DNA from: Eledone cirrhosa
Lineage: Eukaryota
DNA length: 64,000 nucleotides
Assembly (NCBI GenBank): GCA_964016885.1
Contig: OZ024747.1
Coordinates: forward strand, 81,344,001 to 81,408,000
Direction of reading: 5' to 3'
Positions 43,436 through 58,683 of this stretch are shown in pieces; within the stretch, counting starts at the first letter, position 1, and each line of letters opens with the position of its first letter. The notes beneath the pieces were generated by a model. The model searched no databases, was not told where the DNA came from, and was given only the letters and a program-made list of their open reading frames with translations. Position numbers and translations under genes: made by a program.

Positions 43436-43763
43436 AATGGTTTCTTATTTAGGCACAAGGCCAGCAATTTTGGGGGAGGGGAAAGTCGATTAAATTGACC
43501 CCAGTGCGTGACTGGTACTTTATTTTATCCACCCTGGATGAAAGGATGAAAGGCAAAGTTAGCCTTGGCGGGATTTTAATAATAATAATAATAATTGTTT
43601 CTACTTTAGGCACAAGGCCAGCAATTACCCAGTGTATTACTGGTACTTTATTTTATCGACCCCGTAAGGATGAAAGGCAAAGTCAACCTCGGCGGGATTT
43701 GAACTCAGATCGTAAAGGGACATAACTATGCTGGAAAGCATTGCGTCCAACCCATCCACCGCC
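43436..43763 (-). mobile_element. Two Nin/Deu-domain SINE copies
   Basis: Match to the family consensus; separated and flanked by (AAT)n. Confidence 0.9.
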
Positions 43764-43809
43764 AATAATAATAATAATAATAATAATAATATGGATGAGG
43801 TGTCAAATT

Positions 43810-43962
43810 TTCATCACATTTATTGAGGTGTGACACATGTTTTGTGATCAATCAGCTCAAGGTTCGATTGGTATTGATCGGGCTCGACTCTGGAATCAAA
43901 AGCTCATCAGGCTTCTGTTAATGCTATGAACCTATAGTAACTTGACATTACAATCCCTAAAC
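43810..43962 (-). mobile_element. Decayed Penelope pLTR-like repeat, copy 3
   Basis: CTGATGA-GC ... AAAA-CATGTG-TC, followed by AATAAA. Confidence 0.65.
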
Positions 43963-46885
43963 TATATATATGTGTGTGTTTGTCTTTGTGTATCTGTGTG
44001 TGTGTATCTTTAAGCATGTATTAGATATTTGTATTTTTCTTTTCCAAAATGTTGTACTTGTTTGGAAACAGACAAACTGAGACGATGTGTTGAAACTCAA
44101 GCAGTTACTTAATGGAAGAACTATTTTAGCCATTACAAAAAAAGATAAAATGCAACAAACAGTTTTTTTCCTTTTTCACATATTGGTTCTACTACAATGC
44201 AACTGCTTTCTGACAATTATTTTCATTTTTGTATAAGCAAAATGTAAATTAAATTCATTGACATTCATGCCTTCCTTAAAGGGAAAAAGGGAAACAACTC
44301 CCTCTGCCATCATCATCATCATTCACTCTCCATTCTTCCATGTTGGCATGGGTTGGGCCAGGTCAGTATTAATCATAGCTACTGTCTTCCTCAACAGATA
44401 TGGGGTCACATTTGCTTTGCATTTGTTCTGGTTTTAGCATCCTACTATAGAAACAGTAGGATGCCCTTTCTAACAAGTGAAAGCAATTCCAAAGGATTTT
44501 CTCCTGTGCCAAAATATACTTCTCATAACTATATGAGAAAACCATCATCCACATCATCATCCTAATTTAGCATTTGTCTTCCCTGCTAGTTGGATGGGTT
44601 TTCACTCAAATGGAGCTACTGACCTCACAGATTGGCCAGAGTCCCACATCTCACTTTCCAACTTTTCTATGCCCTGCCAAATGTCAGATGGGGTACTGAC
44701 CTGCATCTTGCTTACAAATTTTCTCTTGCTCTATTGAGTGCACTTTATCATCGCACCAGCATTAGGGAGGTTGTTATGTCTTTGACACAGCTGAAGAATC
44801 TTCCCAATTCTTTGTTTGGCAGCTTTTCTATGGTTGGATTCCCTTCTTATAACAAAGCACTTTACTAAGTATATTAAGTATATTGAGAGCGTTTATCATC
44901 AACAAGCCCTTTTGCTGAGCTCCAGTAGCTTTTGGTTCTTGATACACAGATGTCTTAACACCTATTTATGCTAGATATCATAGTATATCAAGTAATGGTA
45001 GCTTGTTTCTACTTACTTGTCCTTAAGGTTAGTTGTATGAACTATATATGATCCTCTAAGACAGTTGATTTTGCAGAGCTGTTAGAGTATTGTATGTTTG
45101 TTCCAGATTTCTGCATTCTGAGTTCAAATCCAACCTCAACTTGCCTCAAATAGGACAACCTGTCTAACCCATGCTAGCATGGAAAATGGATGTTAAACAC
45201 AGATGATGATGATATATATATATATACACACACACACACACGCAAATGATGTGAATGAGAGAAATGTGAAATTATGTGTATAAATATATATGTATTAGAA
45301 ATATGGGTATTTATCACAAAATAAGTTGATATATGAGTATATGTTATAAATAAAATCCTTTATGTTATGTGATATTGTCTTTTCTTCTTATCGTATCTTA
45401 TTTAATAATTTCTTCCTCAGTAGCCATGGAATATTTCATACATAAATTAATATAATGTCAGATCTTGCCAAAATATTGAATAGATAGATTTCTATATCCA
45501 AGCAGTTATTAAGTTATAGGCTTTATAAAATAAGAGGATTTCAGAAATGTTCAAAAGACTTTGAAATCAAGATAAAAAATAAAACAAATGAACAAAAAAA
45601 AATATATATAAGGAAAATGACTTAACAATGGAAAAATAAATACAGATATTCTAATGGGAAATGACAAGATGACATTTTTAGGCCTATAAATTTTAGGAGT
45701 TCTTAGATTAAAGTTAAAAATCAGTTTCTTTCCAATGGTGTTGCTCGGCAAAATATATTATCATGTCTTGTCAGAATTGATACATATCATTTTATTTCTA
45801 GATGTAGAAAGGAATGTTATTTTAATTGAATATTTTATTAAATAAGTTGCATTGCATTATGCATAAAAGGCAGGGAAATACACACAAAGTTTGCTAATTT
45901 AGATGCTTCAGTTGGCTGTGCTTATTGAACAGTTACATTGAAATATATTACGTTGAACGGTGAATATTAAGTAAATGAATGTATAGCTAGATAATACTAC
46001 TAATAATAATAATGATAATAATAATAGTGGTAATAATATTAATGAGTTCTCCTATTTTCCACAAAGGTGCCAAATGAGGCAGACATTATAAATACAAGTT
46101 ATATAAAGTGTGTGTGTGGGGGGGGGGGGGGGGGGGATAAAAATTAGATGAGAAAAACAAAGTGTTATACATAGTATAGATTTTGATAATAAAATGTCCT
46201 CCTGTTGCAGAGGAACCTTCAAATAGGAACCATGAATGACCCCACAAACCCAAGATCACTCTGATCACCACAGGTGAGTGCCTTCTACTTTTCAGTAGTT
46301 TCAAAGGGGTTATATTTTAATGTGCAGTTTCATGTAGATTAGAAACCTACTCTAAATGCTGTGGGGCTTTTCCTAGCAGTAATGTTAATAATAACAACAG
46401 TTCAGACACAAAAGAACAAATAGGAACAGTATATATTGGCATAAAGAAAAGAAAACAACCCTAACAGAAATTATGCAAGAAAATCTGCAAATAAAGTAGC
46501 AAAGACAAAATTTCTTTTGTGGTTGTAGAATGATTTTGAAAATTAATTACAAATGTGGCAATTTTCACAGAATAATAATTGTATAACTTCTCATTAACAG
46601 AAATGGGGAGAAATTGACTATTTCCTTAATGATAAAGATGAAGTACTTGAAATGATTATATTGCTATTATGAAATAAGTTTTGATCAGAATAAGTTAGGT
46701 TCTGGTAAGGAAATTAATAATAAATTTATAATGTATTTCTTATCTGGAATATAATACATGTCAATCTGATGCTAGCTTAGCTAAAATACTTTAACATACT
46801 TTAAAACAGTTTATATTTGTTGAGCTATGAGTCATAAATTTAAATATCTAGACTGTACAGATATATAATTATTAACATTTTTATA

Positions 46886-47112
46886 TTAACCTTTTAGTAT
46901 TTACATTATTCTGTGTTTACTGTTGTATTTTCACAGTAAAAGGCTTTACTCACATAATTATCTAACCTAATATCAAAGTTACAAGATTTTGATGATAATA
47001 TTTTGAGAACAATACCTTAACATAAGTATGAGTAGCTGGTTACAGCCGTTTGAAGAAAAAGAGGTGAGAGAATTCTGGCCAGATATGGCCAGTTTAACTG
47101 CTAAAGGGTTAA
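46886..47112 (-). mobile_element. piggyBac-type MITE family A, copy 3
   Basis: TTAA-CCTTTTAGTATTTA ... TGCTAAAGGG-TTAA; internal sequence is reversed relative to copy 2. Confidence 0.85.
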
Positions 47113-47433
47113 AGGGAATATAATGATCACACATAATCTTGTTATCCATAAAACACTTGATGAGACTATTAAGAGAGCAGAATTCCCATAGGTTTCATCA
47201 TGTCTTTCTATTCAAAGAAGACGCAGTGTGTTAAGAACAATAACGATCTTACTATGAACTTAATATTCAGTACATTGGGATTGTATAATTGATAGTTAAC
47301 TCAGATAATATATTCCCACCCAACAATAATAAGTGCTCTATATCAAATGTTAAGCATATACAAAATATTATATGAAGTCTATTTAGGTTGTTGAGTGCAT
47401 AATCTGTACTATACAGTTGGTGTATGTTATTAA

Positions 47434-47623
47434 GTGTGGATTGGCAGTATCGGTAGAGGGTCAGATGCCATGCTTTGCAGCATAGAGTTACGGCTCTTTA
47501 TGGTCAGAGTTCAAATCCTGTCAAGGTTAACTTTGCTTTTCATCCTTACAGGGTTGATAAAATAAAGTACCAGTAATACACGGGAGGTAATTGCTGGTCT
47601 TGTGCCAAAAGTAGAAACAATTA
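47434..47623 (+). mobile_element. Nin/Deu-domain SINE
   Basis: Full-length match to the family consensus. Confidence 0.9.
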
Positions 47624-48728
47624 TTTAGTGTGGATGCATGCATTGCTGAGAACTCTCGGGTCCCAAATATTAGGGGGAGGGTTGGAATAAGTGGGGTGTG
47701 GGGCTCTGGAATAAGAGGAGGGTGGGAATGGACTAAGTGGAAGGTGGAGGTGGATTAAGAGAGGGGAGGGGGGGATTTTGTTGACTCCTTTGATTTAAAA
47801 AAAACAAACAGAATTAGTCGTTTAGTTTACATTTTGAAACATCCACCAGTAGAGAGTATTAGCAATTGGAAAGACCAATGGAAACATTGTTTCCTCAGTC
47901 TGATCTGACAAGGTCTGGGATCTTGTCGATTGACTGTCGACATATATATACACACACACATATATATATATATGTATATGTATATTTATTTGTCTATTTA
48001 TGTATCTCTCTCCTCTTATATATACATATTCTTAACTTACACAAACACAAGCAAGCACACTACTTTCTCTTGACAGTTGTTATCCCGAGGCTTGGCTCAT
48101 TGGTGAACCTGAATACAGAATTTTATTCAACTAAAATTTGAAAGAATTCTTTGAACATTGTAGAAACTGGATGAGGTTAGAATTTCCGACATTCTGCAAG
48201 TTAATTACTGTTGCTCTTTGGAATTTTAATTAGTTAACATGTAACCTTTACTGTATTTTGAAATAAATTTATCAATTTGTAATGAAAGGAAGATGATGCA
48301 AGGAATGGAGTTGAGGGTGATAAGTAATGTTATTCTGATAGCAGCAACTGTGCTGATCATACGGATGTTATGATGATGGCAAATATGATGATGACATTGA
48401 CAGTAATAATGACAGTGGTGGCAGTTATTGACAATGAATACAATTACACTGTGATGACAGATTTACATAATATTGTTCAGAATGATAATCCCTGAAGCTG
48501 TGCTGATTATATTGGGAAGAGAGGAAGAGGAATACCTTAGATACACGGGTAGGTTGAGGGTTTCAGAACTGTGTGTGTGTGTGTTGGGGGTAGTAAGGTC
48601 ATACCATGTGACATGAGATAATTAATTAAATCTTATAGGTCCGAAACAGACAAGCAGGTGTTACACGAATTGCATGGAGCGAAAATGAGCTGAATTAACA
48701 TATCACATGTATACTGACAATTCTATTA

Positions 48729-48874
<146 letters not shown>

Positions 48875-49414
48875 TTCGAATAGTTGAAGTGATGACTAAA
48901 TGTCTTGAAAGTTCAGTTTACAAATCTGAGCTTGTAGCTTCAGAGTGCATGACCTAACAATCAGAGGTAGCTGGTTTAGAACAGATATATGTCACCTCAT
49001 CTCAGTTGACATTGTTCAATTTTAAATTCATTGTCATCACCATTATTGTTATTGTTTTGCTGTTGTCAATGAATACTGTAATTATCATTTATCAAACTGC
49101 CACTTATATATTTAACCAGCTGCTAACACAAGAACATGACTACAGAACCATTGTTAAATCTATTCCTCTTGCTTTCTGTCCCATCTGATTCAAACACAAA
49201 ACACACATGCACATCAAAAGTGTCACAGCAACACTAATATCAATCATGATTAAAATGCTTTTCTCAGTTTGAAATCTTTTCTAGAAATTTGTAAGTGATG
49301 ATATGTCATCTTGCAACAGCACAATCTACTTTTCTGTCAACAATAAAAAAAACTTTAATCCTTTTGTTACCGTATTTCTAATGAAAGACACAAATAATAA
49401 TATTATGATATCAA

Positions 49415-49722
49415 TATCCTGCCGAGGTTAACTTTGCCTTTCATCCTTACGGGGTCGATAAAATAAAGTACCAGTAATGTACTGGGTAATTGCTGGCCTT
49501 GTGCCAAAAGTAGAAACAATTATAATATTATTATTATAAGGGTTGGGTGCCATGCTTTGCAACATAGAGTTACGTCCCTTTAGAGTTACGTCTGAGTTAC
49601 ATCTGAGTTCAAATCCCGCCGAGGTTAACTTTGCCTTTCATCTTTACGGGGTCGATAAACTAATGCACCAGTAATACACTGGGATAATTGCTGGCCTTGT
49701 ACCAAAAGTAGAAACAATTATA
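49415..49722 (+). mobile_element. Tandem truncated Nin/Deu-domain SINEs
   Basis: Two copies of gaggttaactttgcctttcatc...agaaacaattat. Confidence 0.9.
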
Positions 49723-50709
49723 ATATTATCATTCACTCACGAATACAATTAATTTTGAAAATATGAAATCTCACACTACTACATTTAAAGAATAAACACA
49801 AAAAAAAATCAATAGTTTGATACAGATATATTATGTCTAAATAAAAGAAGGGATGGTCATGGTTGTAACTCCTTTGACCTTTGGTCTTCTTGATTAGGGC
49901 TAACCTGGATGCCAATCAACGACAACAATATTATGACCCAACTGTGCCAATCCTTCTTACATAACCATTTTTAAAATCTTTTGATGCCACACCTGTACTA
50001 TAATACAATGCTATTTGTTCTAAAATGTTTACATTTATTTTTATGTATAAGAACCTTTAACTTAGGTTGAAAACACCAAACTATTCATAAATCCCCCCAT
50101 ATTCTTGATTATTTTCAAAATCAATTGAACATTATAGGCAATCATTTTATACGTATGTCTTATACATATCCGAATCACCGAGAAATGAAAGAACTTTGAA
50201 TACACAGTACTGAAACTATATATATTCCAACCAAGAAACATGCTGTACCTAAAATATATGAAAATAAACTAGACACTAACATCACACATGGTTTTAACAT
50301 ATACATACAAAATGTTGAGAAAGGAAAATCATGATTGACACTGAACAAGAGGGAAAAATGATAACTGACAGCTATCAAAATGCATATCATCCAATTATAA
50401 CAGACTTTTCAATGATATCACTACAATACATTTATGAAATAGGAGATTAAGTGGATATTAAAGGAGACTGATTAACTGAAATTTCATTCTCTAAAAGCAA
50501 ATTCAATAGCAATGGTCACATCTAATGTTCTGATGCTAGAAATGGCTTACACACATTTTAGTGGTGAAGCAACAGTGTTTGATATATATGTGTGTATAAA
50601 TGTATACAACACAAGTAAATACACATGTTCCTATATATGTGTAATATCTGTGTCTCTGTGTCAATGTTCATACATGTATGTATACAAAATCATATGTGTG
50701 TGTGTGTGT

Positions 50710-50762
<53 letters not shown>

Positions 50763-51480
50763 TGATCGATAGAGAGGGAGTGTATATGTGTACACATACA
50801 CAAACACATTAATACTGTATATTATATAGAGTGGAAAAGGATCCTAAATAGCTGAAATTAAATTACCATTTTTATTAATTAAAAATGTAACAAACCAATG
50901 CGCCATAGAAATTGAAAGACATCAAACAAAACATTTTCCTTTTGTTGTTTCGTTATTTTTGTATTTTATTCTGTTATTTTATTACTATCATAAACAATTA
51001 TTATTATCATTATTATTAATGAAAGTATTATCACTATTATTTTAGTGATGTCAGTAATGGAGTACAATACACAATGTAGAGAAGACTACCAATAGGTTTT
51101 CAAAAAATATCTAATTAGTGACAATGGGGCTTCCATACACTTCGTGGTGTAGGTGAAATAAATACCTTCAATATACTGAATACACACCTTCCTTCTTATA
51201 TTCAAAATGTTGTTGTTGTTGATTGAAAAATGGTAGAGAAGAGTAGATATTAAATTCTAGTATATGTAAACTGGTTTTCATGACTAATTAACTAAAGATC
51301 ATCATCACTATTGTTTAACATTCATTCTTCCTTGGATAAGTTGTCATAAGCCACGTCAGTACTTCCAGATCGGATGGGGAACCATGTTACATGTGTTCTT
51401 GTTTAGGCATGGTTTCTACAGCTGGATACCTTTCTAGTCACCAATCATCTTACACAGTGTACTGGGTGTATTTTATCATG

Positions 51481-51751
51481 TGGAGGCATGTGGCCTAGTG
51501 GTAAGGGTGTTGGACTTACAATCATAAGGTTGTGAGTTCAATTCCTGGACTGGTTTGTTGTGTTCCTGAGCAAAACACTTCCTTTTCATGTTGCTCCAGT
51601 ATACACAGCTGAAATAGCTAGGGGTTTAACCCTGCAATGGACAGGCATCCTGTCCAGGGGAAAGTCTTGTACTCTCGTTGCTTCACACCATGAAACCAGG
51701 ATAAACACCGGTCTAATAAGCCGTCTGGCTTAAGAAAGACTTTAGATTTAG
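51481..51751 (+). mobile_element. CORE-type tRNA SINE with a 20-bp target-site duplication, nested in an older RTE-derived element
   Basis: A box TGGCCTAGTGG, B box GTTCAATTCC. TSD actgggtgtattttatcatg at 51461-51480 and 51752-51771. Confidence 0.9.
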
Positions 51752-54173
51752 ACTGGGTGTATTTTATCATGGCACCAAAAAACAGGGTTGTTGTCATGTC
51801 CTTGACACAACTGAAGACTCTTCTCAACACATTGTATGGTGGGGTCACTCTAAATTATTAAGCCCCAAATAAAGTACATAAATATCACATCTCATCACTG
51901 CTACTCTACAAATATGACATGCCATAACCTTTCAAGAAAGTATTACCATTATTATTCTTACTTCTTTCAGTCCTCAACACATGAGGAAGCAGTAGGGTCA
52001 CTGTGATATACAGATCCATGACATTCTTAAACCTGGTGAAGCACATTGTCCTCATGTGATAATCAATCAAACACATCAAATAGATGTAAAAATGTGATGA
52101 TGATATATATATAATCATCATAATTTAGCATTATATATTACCCAGTCAAGGTTAACTTTGCCTTTCATCCTGACAGGGTTGATAAAATAAAGTACCAGTA
52201 ATGCACTGGGATAATTGCTGGCCTTGTGCCAGAAGTAGAAACAATTATATATTACCCAGTATATTAACAGAAGGAAGACTCTAGATACTAGTCAAGGGGA
52301 GGCTACTGAAAAAGACTCTTTCCTAAGGTGCCAAGCAATGAGATTGAACTTCTTAATCATCCATATATACATATCTTTAGTTAAAGTGTATTTATTTTTA
52401 TGTTATATATATAGGAATGTGATGCAGATGTGTGTAAGTGGGCACATATATAAGGGTGTGCATGAGTAAGCAGCTGGATAGGTAAGTAAATGTGAAAAAT
52501 TGTTCAGATGGGGATACATTTGTCAGAAATATATTTCAGTATTTATTTTATATGTATCTTTGGGGACATTATAGGATCCAGTTGAAATAGCCTTTATCGG
52601 TAAAAGTAGGCATGAGAGATAGCATGTGTATATGTTATATGTTGTTGTAATGGGCACTGTGAATTATTAGATATATATTTTGTACTTATATTATAAGACA
52701 ATTCATTGTCTTTTAAAGTATTTTCACAAATTTTTCTTATAATAAATTATTTCTGTTTTCTAGATAAAGCCATATATAAGGGAAATAATTTTTCTCCCTC
52801 TCTCTTTCTGTTGATTTATTAGGTAAAAACCTACTCTAAGTGAAGTCACAAATCTAGCTACCATGAGGTGATTTTCAGCAATGTGCTAATAAAATGACAT
52901 ATATATCTTAAAGTCATATCTAATAAAATACAAAATTTTATTTCATTATATAGAAATTTTAAGATTCAAGAAGTCAACAAGCAGCAAAAGAGCCAGCTGT
53001 CCTATTACTTGCTAACAACTTTTGACTATTCGCCCAGCTGGCAAACCACTTTTAGTTGCTGTTGGTTAATCTGACAGAATTCAGAAGATGTAACAATAGG
53101 AATTACATAAACACACACACATACATAAATCCACATCTCTCCCTTTATAAGCTATCTGGTCAATTCATTTTTTTTTTTTTTGCACTTCCTATACTTGATT
53201 TTATCTATCTGTATGTTTATCCATGTATATATTTGTCTGTAGTTGTGTTAAACTTCATTTCTTTTCTGCAAATTATCTCACACATTTTCTTTCTTTTCTA
53301 CTCTTTCCTCTCGTTCATGTCATTCTCTACACCAATTTAATTTCTAATGGAGCCTAATTCCAATTATTACAAACCTAAGAAAGAAAAAGAAATTTCACTA
53401 AAAGAGCTGTTCGTTTTGCACAACAGAGTAAACCATCAATTTAATGGCATGTCTAGCTTCACCTAAGCTTGCAACTTTGCCAAGTTCCTTGCCTGTTGGA
53501 AGTAAAAGCAAACCATTTATCTAACTTATTGACTAGCCTTTTCTCTCTTGACCACAAACTGCTGTCGAGTTTGGAACAATTAGATAAGAACGCTTCAATA
53601 TAGATCTATAATCATATCTTATTTCTTTTTTTGTTAACAATCTTTTTATGATTGTCTTAAAAAGTGAATAAAAACCTTTAAGTAGATAAATATCAGGTTC
53701 ATAAAACCATAGAATCTTTGCCACGAATCACTTCATTCAAACTAGAACTAAAATGCTTAGAGGTGAGATCAGGCTTCTATCTCAAACTTAACATAATACA
53801 TAATTTTTAGAATAAAATGATCTTTAACCTTGAATAGTTAGTGATCTTTGCTGACCCTATATGCAGAATTAAAACACAACAACCACATAAGCATAGGCTT
53901 AAAATGAATAGAGGCTTCCAGGCAAAAACATAAACCTGCTAGAGTGTATGACCCTATTATACCAAATTATTTTCTATCCCTCCATGCCTATTAAACTGTA
54001 ATCACAACCTGTTTAAATAATTATTCTATTATCCAGGATATACACTCACACTCAAACACACACATGTATGCACTCACGAATACACACATTATGATGTTTC
54101 ATTTATTCTGAATTGCTCAATTCTGTTACTATGTTACGGTCCATATGAAAATACTCTTTTTAATCCTTTATTA

Positions 54174-54389
54174 TTAAGCCTTTAGCATTTAAACTGGCCA
54201 TATCCAGCCAGAATTATCTCACCTCTTTCTGTAACCGACCACTCATACTGATATTAAGATATTGTTCTCAAAATAAATAATACCAAAATCTCATAGATTC
54301 AATATTATGTGAGATAATTATGTAAGATAAAGACTTTACCATGAAAATACAATAGTAAATGAAAAGTCATGTAAATGCTAAAGGGTTAA
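54174..54389 (+). mobile_element. piggyBac-type MITE family A, copy 4
   Basis: TTAA-GCCTTTAGCATTTA ... TAAATGCTAAAGGG-TTAA. Confidence 0.88.
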
Positions 54390-55853
54390 AATATTTTATT
54401 TGGAGCTTTGAAATCCCAAACAGGGAAACATCTTGATACAGACTTGTGTAGACATAATCATTGGTGTTTAAATATTTACAGCTAATAATTGAAATTTTAA
54501 TACTAGTCAATTGAATGTCGTTATTGGAAGGGCTCTTGATGGAGTGGTAGGGGTACTGTCATGAGCATTTTAAACCTGGCATAGTATGAGTCTGAACACA
54601 GTTAAATTCTTCCAAAGAAGGAGAGGGAGCAAGATAATGTGCTAAAGTGAGATAGAAGAAAAATCAACCTTAGTATTGGGTTAGTACTTTATTTATCGAC
54701 CTTGAAAGGATCAATGGCAAAGTGTTTTGAGCTGGAACGATTATCAAAGTATTTAATCTCACGTCCTAACGACTGCCAATTCTCCACCTTATATCATCAT
54801 TAGCTGATATAAAAGTCAACATAAAAACTGCTATAAATACTTACATAATTGATTGAACAGTTTAGTCACAGTTAGTTATTGCTCTCTCTACTTCAATAAC
54901 ACTAGTTTGCTTTATGATTTATGTGTTGCCTTTCAATTTTACTTACTAATTTTACTCTGTGTACAATACGTATATTCAGATGCTGTTGTATACATAACTA
55001 TACATGTAATAACAATAATAATTTGATTCAAATCTTTTAACACCTATTAAATTTTATTTGCAGTTGTCTTAATTTGTTTTAACTTTATAAAAAAAATGTA
55101 TTTTCATTATTTTTTTTAATTATTTTTTTTCACTGGATGCAATTATTAAATTTAGTCGTCTCTTGTTTTAAAATAGATAATTATATTTGAAATTTTTTTT
55201 ATTTCTTAAATCAAACATAGAAAGACTATATGTTTGTCCACACACACACACACATTCATTCATTATATTCTTTTATCTAGATACACACAATTATTTACAC
55301 TCTTACTTAATATTTATATATACGTGTGTTCATGCAAAACCATACATTCTATTTTTCAGATGAAACATTCAGGGCAAAAAAAAAGTTTAACATAGATGAC
55401 ATAAAATGAAGACTTATCAAATTATAATATATTTTCTGCAATTCTTGTTTATGTCTTTTATTAATTACATTTTTCATCTAATTTATTTATTTGTCTATTT
55501 ATTTTTCAAAGATACTAAAAAGTAATTGCAAAAAACCAAAACAATAACAAAAGTCATTTCCTCCCAACTCTACACCATAATAAAAAGCAAAGGAAAACAT
55601 GAGATAATGTAAGATAATTAGTTAAATGTTTATCTGTAGCATGCACATGGAGCGAGAGAGAGAGAGAGAGAGAGAAAGAAGCCAAGAAAAAACAGATAAA
55701 TTCTCCAAGAAATAAAAGTAATTTCAATCTTGTTGATGTTTTAACAACAATTCTTTGGTATTAATTTAAATATCTGACAAGTATTAATCACCAAAGCAGA
55801 ATCTTTATATTAAGACTCAAGCTAACCATAACTATCATTATTTAATACTCTAA

Positions 55854-56050
55854 GGGTGGTGGATTGGCAGTATCGGGAGAGGGTCGGACGCCATGCTTTG
55901 AAGCATAGAGTTACCTCCCTTTATGGTCTGAGTTCAAATCCCGCTGAGGTTAGCTTTGCCTTTCCTCCTTACGGGGGTTGATTGATAAAATAAAGCACCA
56001 GTAATGCACAGGGTAATTGCTGGCCTTGTGCCAAAAGTAGAAACAATTAT
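55854..56050 (+). mobile_element. Nin/Deu-domain SINE
   Basis: Full-length match to the family consensus. Confidence 0.92.
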
Positions 56051-58497
56051 TTAATACACTACTATTTTCTACGATTATCACCAAAAGCACCTCACAAATA
56101 ACTATGGTAGCACTAACTTTCCTTACTGACCGACACTACAAATGTTGTGACCAGTATCAGAAATAACATGCTCTCAACTAAGCATCTATGATCTTTAGCA
56201 TTATTTCTTTTACAAAAAACAAACACTATAGTAAAAAAAAATTGGTGTTGTCTCATAGCCAAAGTGAGAGGTAAAGTGATAACTAGCTTAATCCTGGATT
56301 AGTTTTAGTGGCACATTCAATGAATTTAGTACAAGAAATGCATCCATTTCAACCCCTATGAAGAAGTTTACAGAGGTTTCCAAAGTTGAGGTTTGAAAAT
56401 ATAAGTTATATCTCTGTTTCTCTGGTCCAGATGTCATTAGAATATGTGGATTGTATTACAAGCAGTTTCGAAATCATTGTAATGATATCAATTTCAAAAT
56501 GACTAAGAACCCCAGACAATGTGTATGATGAAATAAAACATGGTTTTTATTCAACATATAGGGTAGGAGGGAGGGAGGGAGGAGGAGGGGGGGGGCTGTG
56601 GTTTACGTGCATCAGCTTGAAAGTGTTTCATACATGCTTATGGACACGTGTGTAGAATCAGTTATATTTCCATATAATTGAATCCAAAATGGGTTGTGAC
56701 TGTAATAAAGATGAATGGAATGCAACAAGTATTAAAGGATGATCTGAATTTGATTATATAGTCCCTCACACTCACACATACGCACGTGTACAGATGCATG
56801 TAAAGAGGAAATATTTTCTACATATTAGAGATAGAATTCCACCAAGCAAAATTGCATTTAAGCTGCCAGATTGTAACATCAGTGAAAACTGGGAATAGAG
56901 GATGTGCATTGTCGGAGAAAGGCAAAGGTCAAAATATTGAAAACTGTCTCATGATTCTTGGATCTCAATAATCTGTTTGCCCTTTGTCGCTTTATTGTGC
57001 CTTTTATTCGAAAAAAATAAACAGTTTACTAATTGATACACATTGAAATATATTTGATCAACCAGTGAACAGAATGTAAAATACTGTTTTTTTTATAACA
57101 TTTGGATCACAACTGTTTGTGTACATATAAAATATACATTTCTCCACACTGCATTTGATATAATATTATAAACTGTAGATATCAGAACATTTGCATACTG
57201 AAGTAAAAAAAAAATTGGTTGTATAAATACCAGCCCTTACTAAAGGAACCCACTTAAGCATGAAGTAGAAATAAATTATTGCTCAGTGAATCATGGTGAT
57301 GCAAATATAAAAATGTGTGTGTGTGTATACAGAATATATATGAGCATATATATATGTGTGTCCCTTTCTCTCCTCTTTCGCTCTTTATATATATATGTAT
57401 GTATGTATGTATGCATACAGCAAGAGAGAGAGAAGGGGAATATATATATATATGTATATGTATATATGTACAATATATATGTATATATAAATATATACAG
57501 TATATATGTATATATATATATATATGTATGTATATATGTATATATGTATATATATATATATATGTATATATGTATATATATATATATAGAGAGAGAGGGG
57601 GGAGATTTAGTAAAAGGCCAAAAAATGGCCCCCTCCATTACAGCAGGCATGCAGCCTTGTTTGCTTTGCTATGCCAACTGTGTACCTGAATATGCATTGA
57701 GTACTACCATAATTTGCGGTCTTTGTCTTCTCCATATCACAATCACTGTGCATACCGCAAATACTCAGGTAAAATTCAAACTTCTTGGAATTATTTTTAA
57801 GTTGAATTTATGGAGTTACATAAATTATGGAGTTACATAAATACTACTTTTGAGAAGCTGAAATTCACATTCTGCAATACAAAATACTGTTTCAATAAGC
57901 AGAAGCCAAAATAGATTCTAAATAAATAAAAGTAAATTAGTAGTAATACTGATGTTTCAATACATCAAAATAAACTTCCTATTAACAAAATATAGATAAG
58001 GTTGCATAGCTCTTATAAATATATCCACTTGTATACTTCAGAACATAATAGCATAGAAAAATTCATTCCACATCATAACATTTATGTTCAGGATAATACC
58101 ATGATGAAAGAATGTTGATCTGTTGCTTGGAAGAATTAGGAATGAGTTTAGCATGAGATACATGGACAAAGCCAGAGTTTTGGCAAATAAGTAGAGGTTC
58201 GATATTTATATGAGATCGAATTGTAAGTCAGTTGGTGATAGGAAATGCATCAAGCAAGAGAAACTATGTCGGAAATAGGTAAAGCGGACAAAGCTTAAAG
58301 TAAAGTCTTCAATTGTGTCAAAGACATGAAAATCTCCCAAGTGTTAGAGCTATGATAAAATGGATGGTGTCCTCTATAGACTGCAGGAACATATGTAAGG
58401 GAGAAGTAATGTCTATCCTGTCTGAGAGATTAGTGTCTCTGATTAAGTACTCACTTTATCTTTGATTATTTGTCCAACAATTGCTAGCAGAGAAAAT

Positions 58498-58683
58498 AAT
58501 TGTTTCTACTATTAGCACAAGGCCAACAATTAACCAGTACATTACTGGTACTTTATTTTATCGACCCCATAAGGATGAAAGGCAAAGTCAACCTCGGTGG
58601 GATTTGAACTCAGATCGTAAAGGGACGTAACTATTCTGGAAAGCATGACGTCCGACCCTCTACCAATACTGCCAATCCACCGC
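58498..58683 (-). mobile_element. Nin/Deu-domain SINE
   Basis: Full-length match to the family consensus. Confidence 0.92.

Noticed and set aside
47672-47775. G-quadruplex-prone tract
   Set aside because: Low-complexity G-runs with no functional context visible.
56915-56990. Possible pre-miRNA hairpin
   Set aside because: Pairing is short and interrupted by large bulges.
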